DNA from: Cenococcum geophilum
Lineage: Eukaryota
Length of the DNA stretch: 64,000 nt
Direction: 5' to 3'
NCBI GenBank assembly: GCA_050273025.1
Contig: CP158635.1
Coordinates: 24,738,001 to 24,802,000, forward strand
The position numbers and the translations under genes were made by a program. How positions within the stretch are numbered: position 1 is the first letter of the stretch; the number at the start of each line of letters is the position of its first letter. The notes under the pieces are model-generated. The model was not told the DNA's origin and did no database searches. It saw only the letters and a program-made list of their open reading frames with translations. Of this stretch, positions 26,301 through 40,276 are shown piece after piece.

Positions 26301-29281
26301 TCTTTATAGGTTGCTCCTACTTAGTACTATACTAGTTTAGCTTATTATCGTATTTTATATTATTAAGTATCCCTAATATTAACTTAACCTGTAACTTAAT
26401 TAATCTTTAGGTTATATTTCTGTAACTAAGGCATTTCTAGTACTGCCTTATTATTCCCTAATAGTAGTGTATTGAAAGACATTTTAATCTATCTTCCTTT
26501 AATATTTAACTAAATAGGTCCTGTTTTAAGATTAATAATCCCTCCTCTATAGGCTATTAGATCTCCTAAAATTGTCACTAATAGGTAAAGGTGCTCCTTT
26601 TTCCTATATGGTAGTTCTATCCTTTTAACTGCTACTAGTAATATATAGTTCCTTATTACTCCACTATCTATTAATGCTTTAAACTGTTAATCTTACTACT
26701 TAGCTTATAAATTTAGGTATTATCCTTAAATTCCTTTAAGGGTTTAAGACTCTACTATTAGTTCCCTCTGGTTCCATAGGCCTCTACTTTTCCTATCTAT
26801 TAGCTACTTAATTTTATTTATACTTAGTCCACCTTTAGCTAATACTTAGTTCGCTTTTTATCTTTAATATACTATAGATATATATTCTCTGGGTATTCCT
26901 ACTACTATTATCTATCTAGGTATTCTTCTATAAGGAATCTTCCTAGTTAAAGTATTAAGTCCCTTTAGCTTTATACTTCTACTAGGTGCCAACTATATAT
27001 ATACTTAGCGTTTTAATACTTCGCCTTATCTAGTACCTAATATATTCTTACTAGGTACTTCCGGTTTTTATCCTTAGGTGCTCTATATATGTTATATATA
27101 TTATCTACGTATGCGATCTATACTAATATATAGTATACTTAGTGTTTTGGGTTAACTTTTAGCTTGTCTTTATCCTTAAGTTTATACCTTTCTTATATTG
27201 GTCTAAGCGTTGCGACTTTATTTATAGGTACTAAGATTTGCCTCTTGCTTCTCTAGTCCTCTAATTACTTCTCTAGATCCTTTAATATTATAATTAAGGC
27301 TCCTTTAATATAATTTATAGCCTTCTCTATAATTAGGTAGTCTTAAATAACTTTTTCGTCCAACTATATATAGAAATCTTCCTACTTATTATTATGCCTT
27401 TATCTATACCACCTTTAGTACAGTTACTAAAGTGTATACGGCTTATCCATAAGGAAGTATCTTCTTATTACTATATTATAATAGCCCTTTATATATCGTT
27501 CTTTAAACCTAATTAAAATCCCTAGATCCTCTTCTTATTCCAGTTTAGTAAGCTATTTAGCTTTTAATATACCTATCTTAGGCCTATTAGTAATTCTTTA
27601 TATAGGTACTTTATCCCTTATATAACCTAGTATGCTAGATCTTTTATCTAGTTTCTAATTTTGCTATAAGGTAATTCTTATTCTGAATTCCTTTATGGTT
27701 TCTTTCTTTTTATATCTTATAAGTGGATCTTTAAAATCTTCTTACTTCTTAATCTTATTAATAGTCCTTATTCGTGTCTTAAAATCTTAGTTTTATAGGA
27801 TTCTTAATCCTAAGCTGGCTTCTGTCTTAAGCTTTACTCCTACCTTAGTCCAACTAGGCTTAGGTGTTCTTATCTTATCCTAAGAATCTTAAATCTTACT
27901 TATCTCCTCTTAAGAATCTTGTGCCTATAGGAAACTCTATCTTAAGCTTATTTGTATATTTTTAAACTAAGCTATTACTCTGCTCTATCGGTTTTTATCT
28001 ATTATAGATCCTTAAGCGTACCTTATCTCATCTTAAAAATCTTAGTCCTTTGGCCTTTTGCCTTTATTAAGTGCTAAAGTAGTTTACTATTTTATTTCTC
28101 TTACGTTTTATAAAGCAATAGACATTATATCTAGTGGGGTTTTAATCCCTACTAATATTCCCTATTTTATAGTGGAATTATCCTCTACCTTTAGTATAAT
28201 ATTTCTAAGGTCTGCATGCTCCTAGTAAGCTGCCTTTATTACCTTATCATCACGGAATGTTTTACTTACGTCGAATTTATTGTCTTTAATATCCAATCTA
28301 CGAACTAGTTTGTTAGTTCCTCTATACTTTAAGGATTTTAGCTCTTATAGCTAATAGCTTACGCTATACTTAGCGTCTTTATAAATTTAGTATGCGTTAT
28401 TATAATAAAACGCAAAGCTTTTAATTAAACATTCTTTTGTTCCTTATAGTACACTATTATTCCTCTATACATGTGTGTCTTCTACTACTAGCCTAGTTCC
28501 CTTTATTATATAGTAATTTTAACCATCTTTATAATCCTTTACAAAGTAATTTTATTTTCTATAATTTATATAAGCTCTGTCTTTAAACTACTAACTTTAC
28601 TATAGAGTTCGCCTAAACATCTTCTACTGCTAAGATCCTTAGTTTAGCATCTGCTCTTTAGTCCTATAATTACTAAATCCTTAACCTTTAGGTTTCTATA
28701 GTTTCTTACTCTATCTCTTATAGGCTTCTTTAGTACTACTTAGGTCTATTAGCTCTGCGCCATACTATAGTTTCTAACTTAGCTTTAGTTATTGCGTACT
28801 TTACGCTTTATATAACTATAGAACTCTATTCTAGCCTCTCTTAGCCTATTTCCTTTAGTAGATCTAATTATTAATCTTAATCGCTTAATCTATTAATTCC
28901 CGTAGGGTATTTACATCTTTTATTAGAATAATCGCGTCCTAGACTTTAGCCTTAAGTCCTTATTTATACTATACTATAAGCGCCTTATTATTCCACTTAA
29001 CTTATATAGCTAATGTCTAGAACTGCGTTGTGTACTTAATTGCTAAGGTTTATTACGTAATGTCTTAGAGTTTTCTTTCCGCTATAGTTACTGCCTCTAG
29101 GTCTCTAAATATTTATATAAGTCGCTCTATAAACCCCTCCTAGCTTAAGAATATAAACCGCACTTCTTAATTAGTGGTTGTTATTCTATTTGCCTATATC
29201 TCTATAAGGTAAGACTTAAATTACTTAAGTACTCTTCCTAATAGGAATAGTCCTGTATAGGCTATTCAATCTATAGGTATT
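23350..29281 (-). pseudogene. Gypsy gag (3' part) and pol
   Basis: Protease FKALIDSG(A)(T)RNYI (~26665), RT VYL(D)(D)IIIY (~25700), RNase H, integrase, and chromodomain (~23500). Confidence 0.93.
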
Positions 29282-29307
29282 CGTCAGGAAAAAATTTACC
29301 AGCATTT
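29282..29307 (+). repeat. Left TIR
   Basis: cgtcaggaaaaaatttaccagcattt. Confidence 0.92.
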
Positions 29308-29390
29308 TCGCAGCATTTAACGGCATTTGGCGGCTAAATACGCAATCCGCGCACTGTAACGTGTAGCGTATAGTATCGACTTAGGTACGG

Positions 29391-29752
29391 CATACTGCCG
29401 TATTTAACAACGTGGTGCAGCATACTGCCGCATCTAATAACGCGATGTAGTATACTGCCGTATCTAATAACGTAGTATAGCATACTGCCGCATTTAGTAA
29501 CGTGGTATAAGCATACTACCGTATCTAATAACGTGGTGTAGCATTCTGCCGTATCTAATAACGTAGTATAGCATTCTGCCGCATCTAATAACGTAGTATA
29601 GTATTCTGCCGTATTTAATAACGCGGTATAGTATTTTGCCGCATCTAATAATATAGTATAGTATACTGCCGCATTTAATAACGTAGTATAGTATACTGCT
29701 ATATCTAGTAATACGGTATAAATATATTACTATATTTAATAACATGGTGCAG
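29391..29752 (+). repeat. Subterminal tandem array, 30-bp unit, about 12 copies
   Basis: Unit like catactgccgcatctaataacgtggtgtag. A second short array (about 27 bp, tttacttagtctacgcagttag) lies at about 29900-30045. Confidence 0.9.
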
Positions 29753-30089
29753 CTAATTACGCATTTATAGCTACCTAGGTAAGTAGTACCTTTATTCTAT
29801 TAAGCTCTCTCTACACTCAATACGTAATTAACGTATAATACCCCCCTTACGCATTCTATATATCTTACTTACTTTAAGTAATAAATAAGCGTTGCTCTTC
29901 CCGCGTACTTAATAGTATTTACTTAGTCTATACAGTTAATAGTATTTACCTATTCCGCGTAATTAGTATACTTTACTTAGTCTACGCAGTTAGTACCCTT
30001 TACTTATTCTACGCAGTTAGTATTCTTTACTTATTCTATATACCTAGCACACAGTATATAAAGAACATATTTTAACCTAATAGTAGTAT

Positions 30090-33000
30090 AATATAACCTT
30101 AATATGCCTAATAACGCCCTTTAGTTAACCTGCTATTTTAAGTTTAATATTTATATAAGTCCTATCGCGATAGTAGCACCGTACTATTAAACCCCTAATT
30201 GTCTTTATTCTCGCCGTTATTCTTACTATTATTTTCCCTATCTATCCCACTGCCTTCTCTACTCTTATCCTCTTTATTAGTAAATTCTAGTATTACTAGT
30301 CTATCTCCACTCTATAGGCGGGTCTTTATATCCTCTAGTATAGCACTATCTATAATATCTATAACCTTAAACTCGCTAGCAAAAGTACACTATAAGATGC
30401 GGTAATTAATTCCTGTTTCCTGTTTATTATTACCTTAAATTTATTTAAGGCGCGCTTAGATAGCGTTAATATTATAATTATATAGTATTAAAATTGTCTT
30501 ATTAATATACTGCGAAAAGGAGACCTTATATATAGTTTTGGGGTTTATTCTTTATAACGAATACGCTAGGCTACCGTTATCCTATTATATTATCTTTATT
30601 AGCCCGTATATAATAATTAAAATAGCGTAATATTATAATATAGGAAACGGCGGTAAAGTGCTATAGTATATAGCGAGTATCGTAATATAACGTTGTGATA
30701 TAATTAATATAATAGGCCGTCGAAATCGGACTCTGCACCTGTACGCGGTGACGGCTACGAACCTGGTCTTCGAAGTTCAGATCCAGAGCCAACGCAGAGA
30801 CGTCGCACAGCGTGTGGACAGGACCTGGTGGTGGTTGTGGGCGTTAAGGGCGGTGGTGAAGGGTTTTCGGATGGTGAGATCTTGAAAACCACTACTATTG
30901 GCCCTCTACAATACGACGACTACTACATTGTTCTCCTATCCAAGGCACCTGTACGATCCAACATGGATGTATAGCATTTAATAGCATCCCCCAACCCCTA
31001 ACAGAAAGCATTGACGACCTCTTATATTGATAAATGAGTGAACGCGGAGCGAATGAACGAATGAGCAAATATACGGCCCCTCCTAACCCCCAGGGCAATC
31101 GCCCGCGGAGCATGCGGTTACTCGCCGTTTTCAACTACCGAATACTACCTAGCAGCCTGGATTGCGACCCACGGTTTTCCCTGTCTCCTTTCAACGGAGT
31201 GGTGCCCTTAGAAAGGGCCTAGCTGGGGCCTAGGTATAAAAGATACCCAAATACACAATATATCCCGCTCGCTTATTAGTATTACGGTAGTTAGAACGGA
31301 TGAATCCCCCTTACGCCTTCGATGGCTCTAGGGGGGGGGAGGCAAGGCGTATATGGCAATAGTCTATAGGAGATAGCATACAGGGGATGGGCAAGATACG
31401 GAACAAGACAATAAGACACAGCAATCGATCAGCAGGGCCTAGCTGGGACGTAGTAAACCCCAGCTTTGATAAGCTAGAGAAGGAAGCAGTGGTTCCTAAG
31501 GAGTTCAAAACATCTAAGGAGGAGGACGTGCTGTAGGCCCGTAGGGCCGCTGCTACGTGCAAACATGGCAATTCGGGGTTTTTCATCCTACTAAGGTGGC
31601 TTATAGGGTTTTTCCTTCCCCCAACTGCAGGGTTTTTCTTCATGTAAATTATAAGTTTTCCCCCTGTGACGGAGTAGTCTGCGTGGGCCAGTAGGATCCG
31701 TATCAGACGTTAATCAAAGAATTACTACTAATTAATATAATATTATATATTTACACCTATAGTATACGGTCGTTAAGTAATCCTATTATTATACTTAGGA
31801 TCTAGTTCCTTTAGATCTTCTATAATATCCTTAAACGGATTGCTAATTACCTATTAAGTCTATAGCATTTTATCTCTAGTTACGTTCCGTATCTTATTAA
31901 CTTATTATAGAAGTAGCCTATATAGCCTTTTATTATACTTAGGTTAGTAGCTCTTCTAGGTATTCTATAGTCGCTCCCAACTATTTATAATACGCTTTAG
32001 TAAGTATAGTAAAAGGCTTTCTATAGATTTATCTATAATTATAGCATTGGCTTTAAACTTATAAATGACTTATATTCCGCTTCTATAGTCCTTAAAAGTA
32101 TATTAAATTGCTATATATATAAGCTATATTATATTAGCTGTAATAGGCGAAAAGAGGTTAGTACTATTTTTATTAAGGGCGAGTAACCTTAGCCTAGTAT
32201 TAAAGAATACGCGCTTAATATAACGTGTAATAATTAACGCCCTAAATCTTGTCTCTCTATCTTAGCCTTAGTTAGTTAGGTATAATAAAAGGTATAGTAC
32301 TAACTAGGCCACCGAGCGTAAAGCGGTTATCCTTAAGTAGTTCCGCTACTTTCTTTACTACGGCCTTAATATCTAGTTTAAGGCAGTTATAGCTCCCGGT
32401 AACGGTATCGCGCACTATATTTATTATATAATACCGAAATACACTAAGCTAGTTATATAGCTGGAAAATTAGTTAGTATAGTACTATTAAATCTAAGGAC
32501 CGCGAACCTTGCGTACCGCCGGCCCTAGTAGCATACTTAATACTCTATTTATTAGGTTTTTATAATGGTTTATAATAGTAATTGCCTCTTTCCACGTCTA
32601 CTTTATTAGTGTGTTTAGACCGCTTATATTTATTTCCGGCTAGGGAGAAAGATAGAGCTCTTTAGGTATAGAGCTTATTATTACTTATATAATAAGACGT
32701 GTCTAAGCAATACCGTATATCTTTATATTAACTAGGTTAAGTAGCTGCTTTATATATTATCTAAAGTCATCCTATAGCAGTTGTTTATTTAAGTAATATA
32801 TACGTTTTTTTTAAGTGTAGGTTTTAGATGTCTTATAATCGCTTAAGGTTTACGGGCTTTCGTCTAATAAGAACGAGACTATCTATTAGGATAACGTTAT
32901 TAAAATTAACAATAATAGGTTGTACTGTGGTATATTAATAATAGCCTTACCTTTTAATAAAGACAGTTACAGTATAGAGCCTAATATTATCCCCTTTAAG

Positions 33001-33547
33001 ATCTAGATTATCTTAGGAGCTACTACTTAACTTATAGTATCTTTATTTACTTTTTTATGGGATAGGTAGAGGATAAGTATATTAGTTTAGTAGAACTATT
33101 TAGCTTTTATACGCACCTTACTTCCCTAAAAGACGCTAAATAGTTTAAAGTCTTATACCTAATATACTTTAAACAACAACCTAGTTAACTTTTATAATAT
33201 AAATTAGGCATTTCTCGCTAAATATATAAAAAGGAGTTTTAATAAACTTATAATAATAAGTTAGGAGGGCGGCCTAACTATTTATTAGGCTTTATAATAG
33301 GGTAATTAGATTGCCTTGCTATAGTATAGGGTTCTACTTTATATAATATTTTTTCTATACCATACAGAAGCCTAGTTCCTCGCGATATTTACCTACTCTT
33401 AAGGTAGATAGTATAGTGTATAGGATATAAAGGGTAGCTAGCGCGTGGAGGGCGATATATAGTAGTATTATATTCTAGTTTATTATAGTCGCGGCAATCT
33501 ACCCCTTTATTATAATCCGGCGCCGCTAGTTATAACTTACCGCTATT
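30090..33547 (-). pseudogene. Plavaka cargo/accessory gene of unknown function, interrupted by a 990-bp insert
   Basis: A long frame has only RIP-type stops in the stretches I read, continues across 30718-31707, and has an acidic C-terminus. Weak resemblance (FSPITA..(Q)L.(H).AI...F.DYRSG) to DUF6532-like transposon accessory proteins is unverified. Confidence 0.5.
30721..31707. mobile_element. About 1-kb weakly RIPed insertion of unknown class
   Basis: Sharp rise in GC and CpA/TpG content, flanked by direct cgt triplets. Removing 990 bp restores the host frame. Confidence 0.6.
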
Positions 33548-33619
33548 TTAGCTAAGTTATATTTATTTACCGCCTAGTGTAAGCCTATTTCCTTATATAT
33601 GCATTAACCTATACCCTAT

Positions 33620-36600
33620 TTATTTGCTTAAAATCTTTATTATATATAGTATTATATATATCCTAATCGCTATAGTTGTTTATAAAGAAATAGTTTATAA
33701 TATTAATATCCGTTAGTATAAGTAAGATAGGCCTCGTAATATAGTTAATATCGTATATCTAAAGGGTATTTAGCGTGCGTTTTGTCCTGCTATTAAATAG
33801 CTTTATACTCTATACTCTAAGTATTCCGGTTCTTATGTTAATCTTACTACTATTATAAACTTAAAGGGTCTCTACTAACGCACTAGTATATTTTAAGTAT
33901 TTACCCTCGCTATCTAATTGCCTAGTATCCTAGATTATAAGTAGTAGATAAAGCCTCCCTACTTTATTACTATAGAGGCTATTATTTACCCACTTATATT
34001 CTTATACTATTATAGCATTATAGCGGGGGGCTTTAGTATTAGCCTATAATGGGATATATTAAGCAAACACCTTATTAAGCTTATTAGTATTAGTAGTATT
34101 CTTCCTAAAGCGAATATAGTATATAACGCTATAATAGATACTTAAGGGCATCTTTAATACCTAATTATTATCGGCCTCTAGTTAGTTAATGTCCTAGTTT
34201 ATTTACTAGATTCCATTAATCTGTTTACGGCATTCCCTTATAAAGGGGACTAGTTTAAATATAAGGTTGGTAATCTCTATCTAGCGCTATACCTCCTTAA
34301 CTATATACTAGATAGATATATTAATTCTCCAGTCTTAAAATATCTAAGTTATATAGTTATTAAAGTTCTATATATATAAGTAATATGCGCATATATTAAC
34401 TATAGGGCCTAGTTATATTATCTATATTGCGCTTATTAGGTCTACTATATTAATTATATTAGTTAACGCCTATAGCTTAAGTTTGTTCTAAAGCATAGTG
34501 TTAAGATATATAGTATTATATTGTAGTATCTACTCTTTATAGTTATTCCGTTTATTAGTCCTACGGTAAAATACCTTCTATAGCTTATATGCTTACTCTA
34601 AATACTCTATATTTATGCCTTTAATTACTCCTAGTTACTAAATACTCTCCAGATAGTAGGTAATAGCATATAGCTTAGGAATATTAAAGTGTAGTAGTTT
34701 TACCTTACTTAGTTAAAACGGAAGGAATATATTCTTTATCTTATCTATTCTATAAATAGCTACTACTAGGTACTAGATAGTTAATTCGTTATATAATATA
34801 TATTAAGATAGTATAGTAAAGTCCACAAACGCCCGGATAAATAGCATAGCGCCTTTATTCTATTTTAGTAAGGGTGCTATAGTAGGGACTAATTGTTATA
34901 ACAGAGATTTATATATCTTTCCTGTTTATTGGCTAATATTTGCCTAGCTATCCCATACTATTATATTAGTAAATTATTCTACCTATATAAAGTGGGTGGT
35001 AATAAGTATATTTATTTAACATCTCCTAGCCGCAACTATCTATATATAGGATATTAAGGCCCCAATATTTTCTAGCCTATATTTCGCTTTATATAAGCCC
35101 CTTAATCTAGTATATAAGATATTTACTAGTAAGGCCTTTAAGTACCTAGTATAGGAAATTAGGCGCTATTATCTTATAGATATTAGATAGATTATAGCCC
35201 TATATAAAGTTATAGAATGGCTAAATATAATCTAAGTTATCCTTCTTATTAGTATTATAACCTTCCTACTATATTTATATTTGGTCTTTTATTAATTAGT
35301 ATATATAGAACAGCTATAGTCGCTAGATGGTAGTTATTAGATTATACCGTTTATTTATATATATATAATAAGTCGAATATTTATAGCTACTCTTAATACC
35401 TATAAGCGTGACCTATTTTTTATAATTAGCTATAAATATAGCTAGAAGTAGAAAGCAGTATTAATTCTAATTATCCGCGTATAAAAGATATACTTTTTTT
35501 TTACTAGCTTTCTCTAACGCTATAGGCATTATTAGCATAACTATACTAGTAGTAGGGTTGTCGCTAAAGTATACGTTTAAGGATAGCTGTAAAGGTCTTA
35601 TATTGCACCACTAGTTATATTATTTAGTTGACAGGTATATAGACCGGGAGGTATATAAGTAGTAATAGGGCTAGTTAATTTACAAATTGTTAAACGCGCA
35701 GTTTAATATTTCCAATTAAAATATAAAGCGGCTATGCTTTCTTGCCGCCGGCGTATTATATTAGTTAGGTCTTATTGCTAGCTAATATAATTAGCACTAT
35801 AGTTACGCCAAGCGGTAGCTACTCTTGCGTCTCCTACCATTAGTTTACTATATTAAGCTTATTGTATATTCTTATTCCTACTAATAAGTACTGCCTTACT
35901 AGTAAGAAAGTTATATTTCTTTAGAAAGGGCTGTAACTAATAAGGAAGAATACAATCTCTAAAGCATTTTAGTAATATACCAGCAGCTATTAGTCCCTTA
36001 CGGTTACAATTATTTTAATCTACTACGGTTAATTACTCTTAGATTATATCTATTTTAAAAGTAGTTTTACTTTAATATTATTAGCACTCTAGTAAGAAAA
36101 ATAGTTGGTAAATACTCCCTAAAGCCTAATATTGTTAAACTACTTGTTAATAGCGCGGTTAGAAGTCCCGTAGCTTACCTACTATAAAACCTATATATAT
36201 TCTGCCTTACTACTAAATGGATAAAATAGGGAAGGTATTTTATCTAGTGTACTACTAGTACGCTTAATACGCGGTATAATATTATATACTACCGCAGTAT
36301 TATCCACAATTTGCGGATTTCCTTAGTTCCGTCTTAGAGGCTTTCCTATAGCGTAGCTAGTAGCCTCTTTAAATGTTTTAGTCTAAAAGATATCTATAGA
36401 TATTCTAGTTAAAGTTTACTAATTAGTCTTAACTATCGCCAGGTTATACACCCTATTAAATATTATAGAATTATTATTATAGTACACATCCGCAGCCCCG
36501 TTATTTAGCTTATTAATAATATTATCGCCTAAAGCTTATATAGGTGGCCACTTATTACCTTACTTTAATTCGGCCTTATAATTGGTTATATAATGCCCTT

Positions 36601-36858
36601 CCGAGGTTTAATAGTATAATAGTATATTGTTGTCCATATATTGTATAAGTAGCCACTTATTATATTGCTCTAGCTTAGCCCTATAATAGGCTGTTTAATA
36701 CTTCTCCAAGCTTTAATAGCGTAAGGGTGCATTATTATTTATCTCTTTAATATTAACGCCCTTATATCTACCCTTCTTCTATTTCTATTATTTTAGATAA
36801 TATTATTTATAACGGGTTAGACCGCCTATGCTTTTTACTTTAGTCCTATACTTTCCAT
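33620..36858 (-). pseudogene. Plavaka-family transposase
   Basis: IYN(E)LN(T)(A)N(W)W(W)ETQE(Q)LPLG(A)T.V(P)IILAS(D)KT(Q)L...AGGKKA(W)PLYI.IGNI at about 35705-35870. C-terminal FF.NNYSD(W)D near 33670. Confidence 0.9.
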
Positions 36859-37036
36859 ATTACCGCTAGATAAAGCTTATTTATAAATTACCGCATTAAG
36901 CTATAATTTGCTATAGTTTGGTTAGAAGGGGGCCGAAAATAATATCTATGTGGAACCGTATATTTAAAGTAATATTTATGGCTTATATTATATTATAAGC
37001 CAGTTAAGATAGGAGGAGTATAGTAAAAGTATAGTA

Positions 37037-38800
37037 ATGTCTATGGACACTAACGCGCTAAATAGCGTAACCCGTTACATTTTGCGCTAATTTACACTAG
37101 ATTACGTTATATTAGGCTAAAAGACTCTACTTATTACTAACGTCGCGCCGCCTTTTTATTATACTAAGTATAGGATTCTAAACACTACTATTCCCTACTT
37201 AGGATACTAGACTGTTTTTTATAATAGGACGCGATATATAACAGCGGTATGCCGTAAATACGGCGTAGTATAACTCTATAAGCGCCACGGACCTATAAAA
37301 AGATATACAGCTTATTACTAGCTTAGGCATTACTACGGAAAGACTTAATACTATTAAGCGGACTTTTAAGCAGGTTATTATTAAGGACGGTATCCTATAT
37401 ATTTTATTTCGCGGATAACTAAATAATTCGCTACGCGAGCAGGCAATTTAGAAAGTTATCCGTTAGGTAGTAGAATATGAGAAGGCACTAGCGCTATAGG
37501 TATATAAGGCTATACAGAATATACTAGCCCGCGTATAGTTAAATATATATAAGAAGATAAAGGTGCTAGGGCGGCCTAGCATTAACTATATAGTGGATAC
37601 GGAAAGGGGGTATGCGGCTGCTGCAAACTCGTAGAGTTTATTCTAGCTTAACTATACGTAAAACTACGGCTATAATCTTAAATAACTCGTTATACTACTT
37701 TATAGGCGGAAACTAGATAGTACAAACTTAGTTCTAAGTATAGATATGGCCTTAAGTCTAGTATCGCTGTATAATACGCCTTAAGACCTACGCACAGTTA
37801 AATATTAGCTACTAGTTAAGATATTTTTAGAGGCTAAGGTAGATTATAATAAGGAGTAAATATGGGCCGCCTATATAGAGACTATACCTATCCGAAACAA
37901 TAGGGCCTTAAGGGCTGCTTTATTAAGGGCAGTTTATTATAGGGTGGGCTAGGTTATATTTATAGCTATCTATAAAGATAGTATATAGGTGTCTATTATA
38001 ATTATAATATATTACTAATGTTTATCTAGCCCTATTTTTAGCGCAATACGTTTTACTAGGTAGGCTAAAAGGTATTAATTAATTACAGTTAATCTAATCT
38101 ACGTGGAGATAGTGACTTTAGTTAAGTTTGCCTTATAGTAAGACCTCCTATCGCACTAGGAAGCCCTAAGATTATTACCTATATATACAATCTTAGGTTA
38201 TCCAGATATAATATAGCGAATTGCCTTACTATAGGCTCTTCTATTAGGGGCAACTATATAGATATTATATTTATCCTATATTTTACTAGCTAGTAGCTAG
38301 TATAGTAGGACAGGTATTATTCTAAGGGCCTATAGTATTAGCGACAAGTTTCTTAAGATATAATGTTGGTTACATAAGGGGATATCACGTAGCTACGGTT
38401 CGTAGATAGTATGATAATTGTTCTCTTATTGTGATTCTTGAAGAAAGGGGTGAGGAACCTAAGGTTCCTCACCACGCTAGTGCCGCGGCGGCACGTGACG
38501 GCAACTTGCCGCACGTAATGGCAACTTGCCACACGTGGTAGCAATATGCCTTATATAGTGACCACTTGCCTTTATTCCTAACATATAATAACGGCGTACT
38601 AATATTAGGAATAGTATACCTAATATAAGTAGAAGAGGGCGTTAGGTTATATTGCCTTAGTAATAGCTATAGTAAGAAAAGGATTAAATCCTATTTAAGG
38701 TTATTACAGTTTAATAAAAATAGAGGCGGCCTATACTATATAGAGAGTAATTAATAATAGTTGCAGTTATTAGCGAGATATCTAGACTATAATTTAACTA
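37037..38800 (+). pseudogene. Plavaka cargo gene of unknown function, divergent from the transposase
   Basis: ATG at 37037 opens a long frame with only RIP-type stops. Probable intron at about 37950-38030. The 3' end is uncertain. Confidence 0.5.
38364..38543 (-). repeat. Solo LTR related to the 39700/41888 LTRs
   Basis: Reverse complement shares gtaaccaaca, atactatctacgaaccgtagctacgtgatatcccc and the ggtgaggaac..gttcctcacc hairpin. No clean TSD seen. Confidence 0.78.
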
Positions 38801-40276
38801 GTTAAGTATTTAGGGAATATTTAGTTATAAGTTTAGATTAGAATAAGGGCTTTAGAATAGAGTTAATTTAAAGCTCTAATCTAATTCTAAGGCGACCATT
38901 TGGTTAAATTCTAGTTTAACTTAACTTTAGCTATAAAATTTTAATATTTTAAAAAAACACGCTAAAAGTTACTAAAAAGTTGGTAACTTACTATATATAG
39001 AATCTAAACTAAGGTCTTGGCGTCAGTTTAAATTAGGAGCTTAAAGCTCCTTATTTAAACTTTAAATTAAATCTAAAGGCTTTAAATTGCACACATCCGT
39101 ATAACCCGTAAAGCTATAAACGCGTATTAAATTAGGAAGGAACGCGTTCTTTTACTAGACTTTTAGTTTAGATTTAAAAGTAATAGATTATAACTAAACG
39201 ACCCCTTAAAATCTAGATTATGGATTAGCATTAATTAACCGCTAGCCTAAAAGGGATAGAAACTAGGATTACTAGGCTTTATAAATTAGGCTATCTTTAC
39301 TATAATACGCTTATCTATTTTGGAGATTATAATTATTAAAAGTTTATTTTATTTAGCTATAATATATAATGTTATAATATACCGTATTTTACCTAGTACT
39401 ATAGCAAAATTGCAAATATTAAAGGCCTATAACTATTACCGCTCTTAACTTCTATCTAGTGTCCCTATTTAAGGGTCTCGCTACTAGTAAAGTCTATAAT
39501 ATCCGTCCTTACTACCCTTCTTATGTTCTAACACTACCAACATCCTCTCTATTATTGTTATTCTTATTATTATTACCGGCACCGCCCTAGCCGTTATTAT
39601 TAGCGCCCTCTCTATCGGCCTTATTTTACGCTTTAGTATAATTACTAGTACCGCTAATATTTACTATATCCGCGAAGTTAGGGATAGTAATATTAAAGTT
39701 GTCGGGAATGAGGCAAGCGGTCGTCACGTGTCGACGTGGCCCTAGCGTGGTGAGGAACCTTAAGTTCCTCACCCCTTTCCTTATTCCTATTAATAAAAAT
39801 ATACAATAACAATCATCATACTATCTACGAACCGTAGCTACGTGATATCCCCCTTATGTAACCAACACTAATCAGTGGTTAACTTCACTGTTATACTATA
39901 AAACAGCTAGGTATCACCAAGAAGAGACGAGCCACTGTACCAGTGCTACTCGTGCTAGAGGAAGCTGTCTTTTAAGGTTAGAACTGGTCCTAAACCTTAA
40001 ATAGAACTCTTCCACGAATCTAAGGATCTAAAAGGCCAGAACTGGTCCTAAGCCTTTCTAAGATTACGGATTCTTGCGTCTATTACGCAGAACAACACGC
40101 TTTACGAGTCTTCGCGATTTAAGGCCAGAACTGGTCCTGAGCCCCATAATCGCAAATATACGTCTAAACGCGTACCAAACGACAAACGCGTACCAAACGA
40201 CAAATACACATCACGAACGCGTACTAGACGATAATCCCTATACCAACAACATCTCCCTCCCTCTGAAGATATAACT

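Noticed and set aside
29391..29752. CRISPR-like regular array and ORF 29494-29745
   Set aside because: The units are contiguous tandem copies with no unique spacers, in a eukaryotic transposon end. The ORF is a by-product of the repeat.
30199..30405. Hydrophobic ORF resembling a signal peptide
   Set aside because: It is the antisense of the acidic C-terminus of the minus-strand cargo gene.
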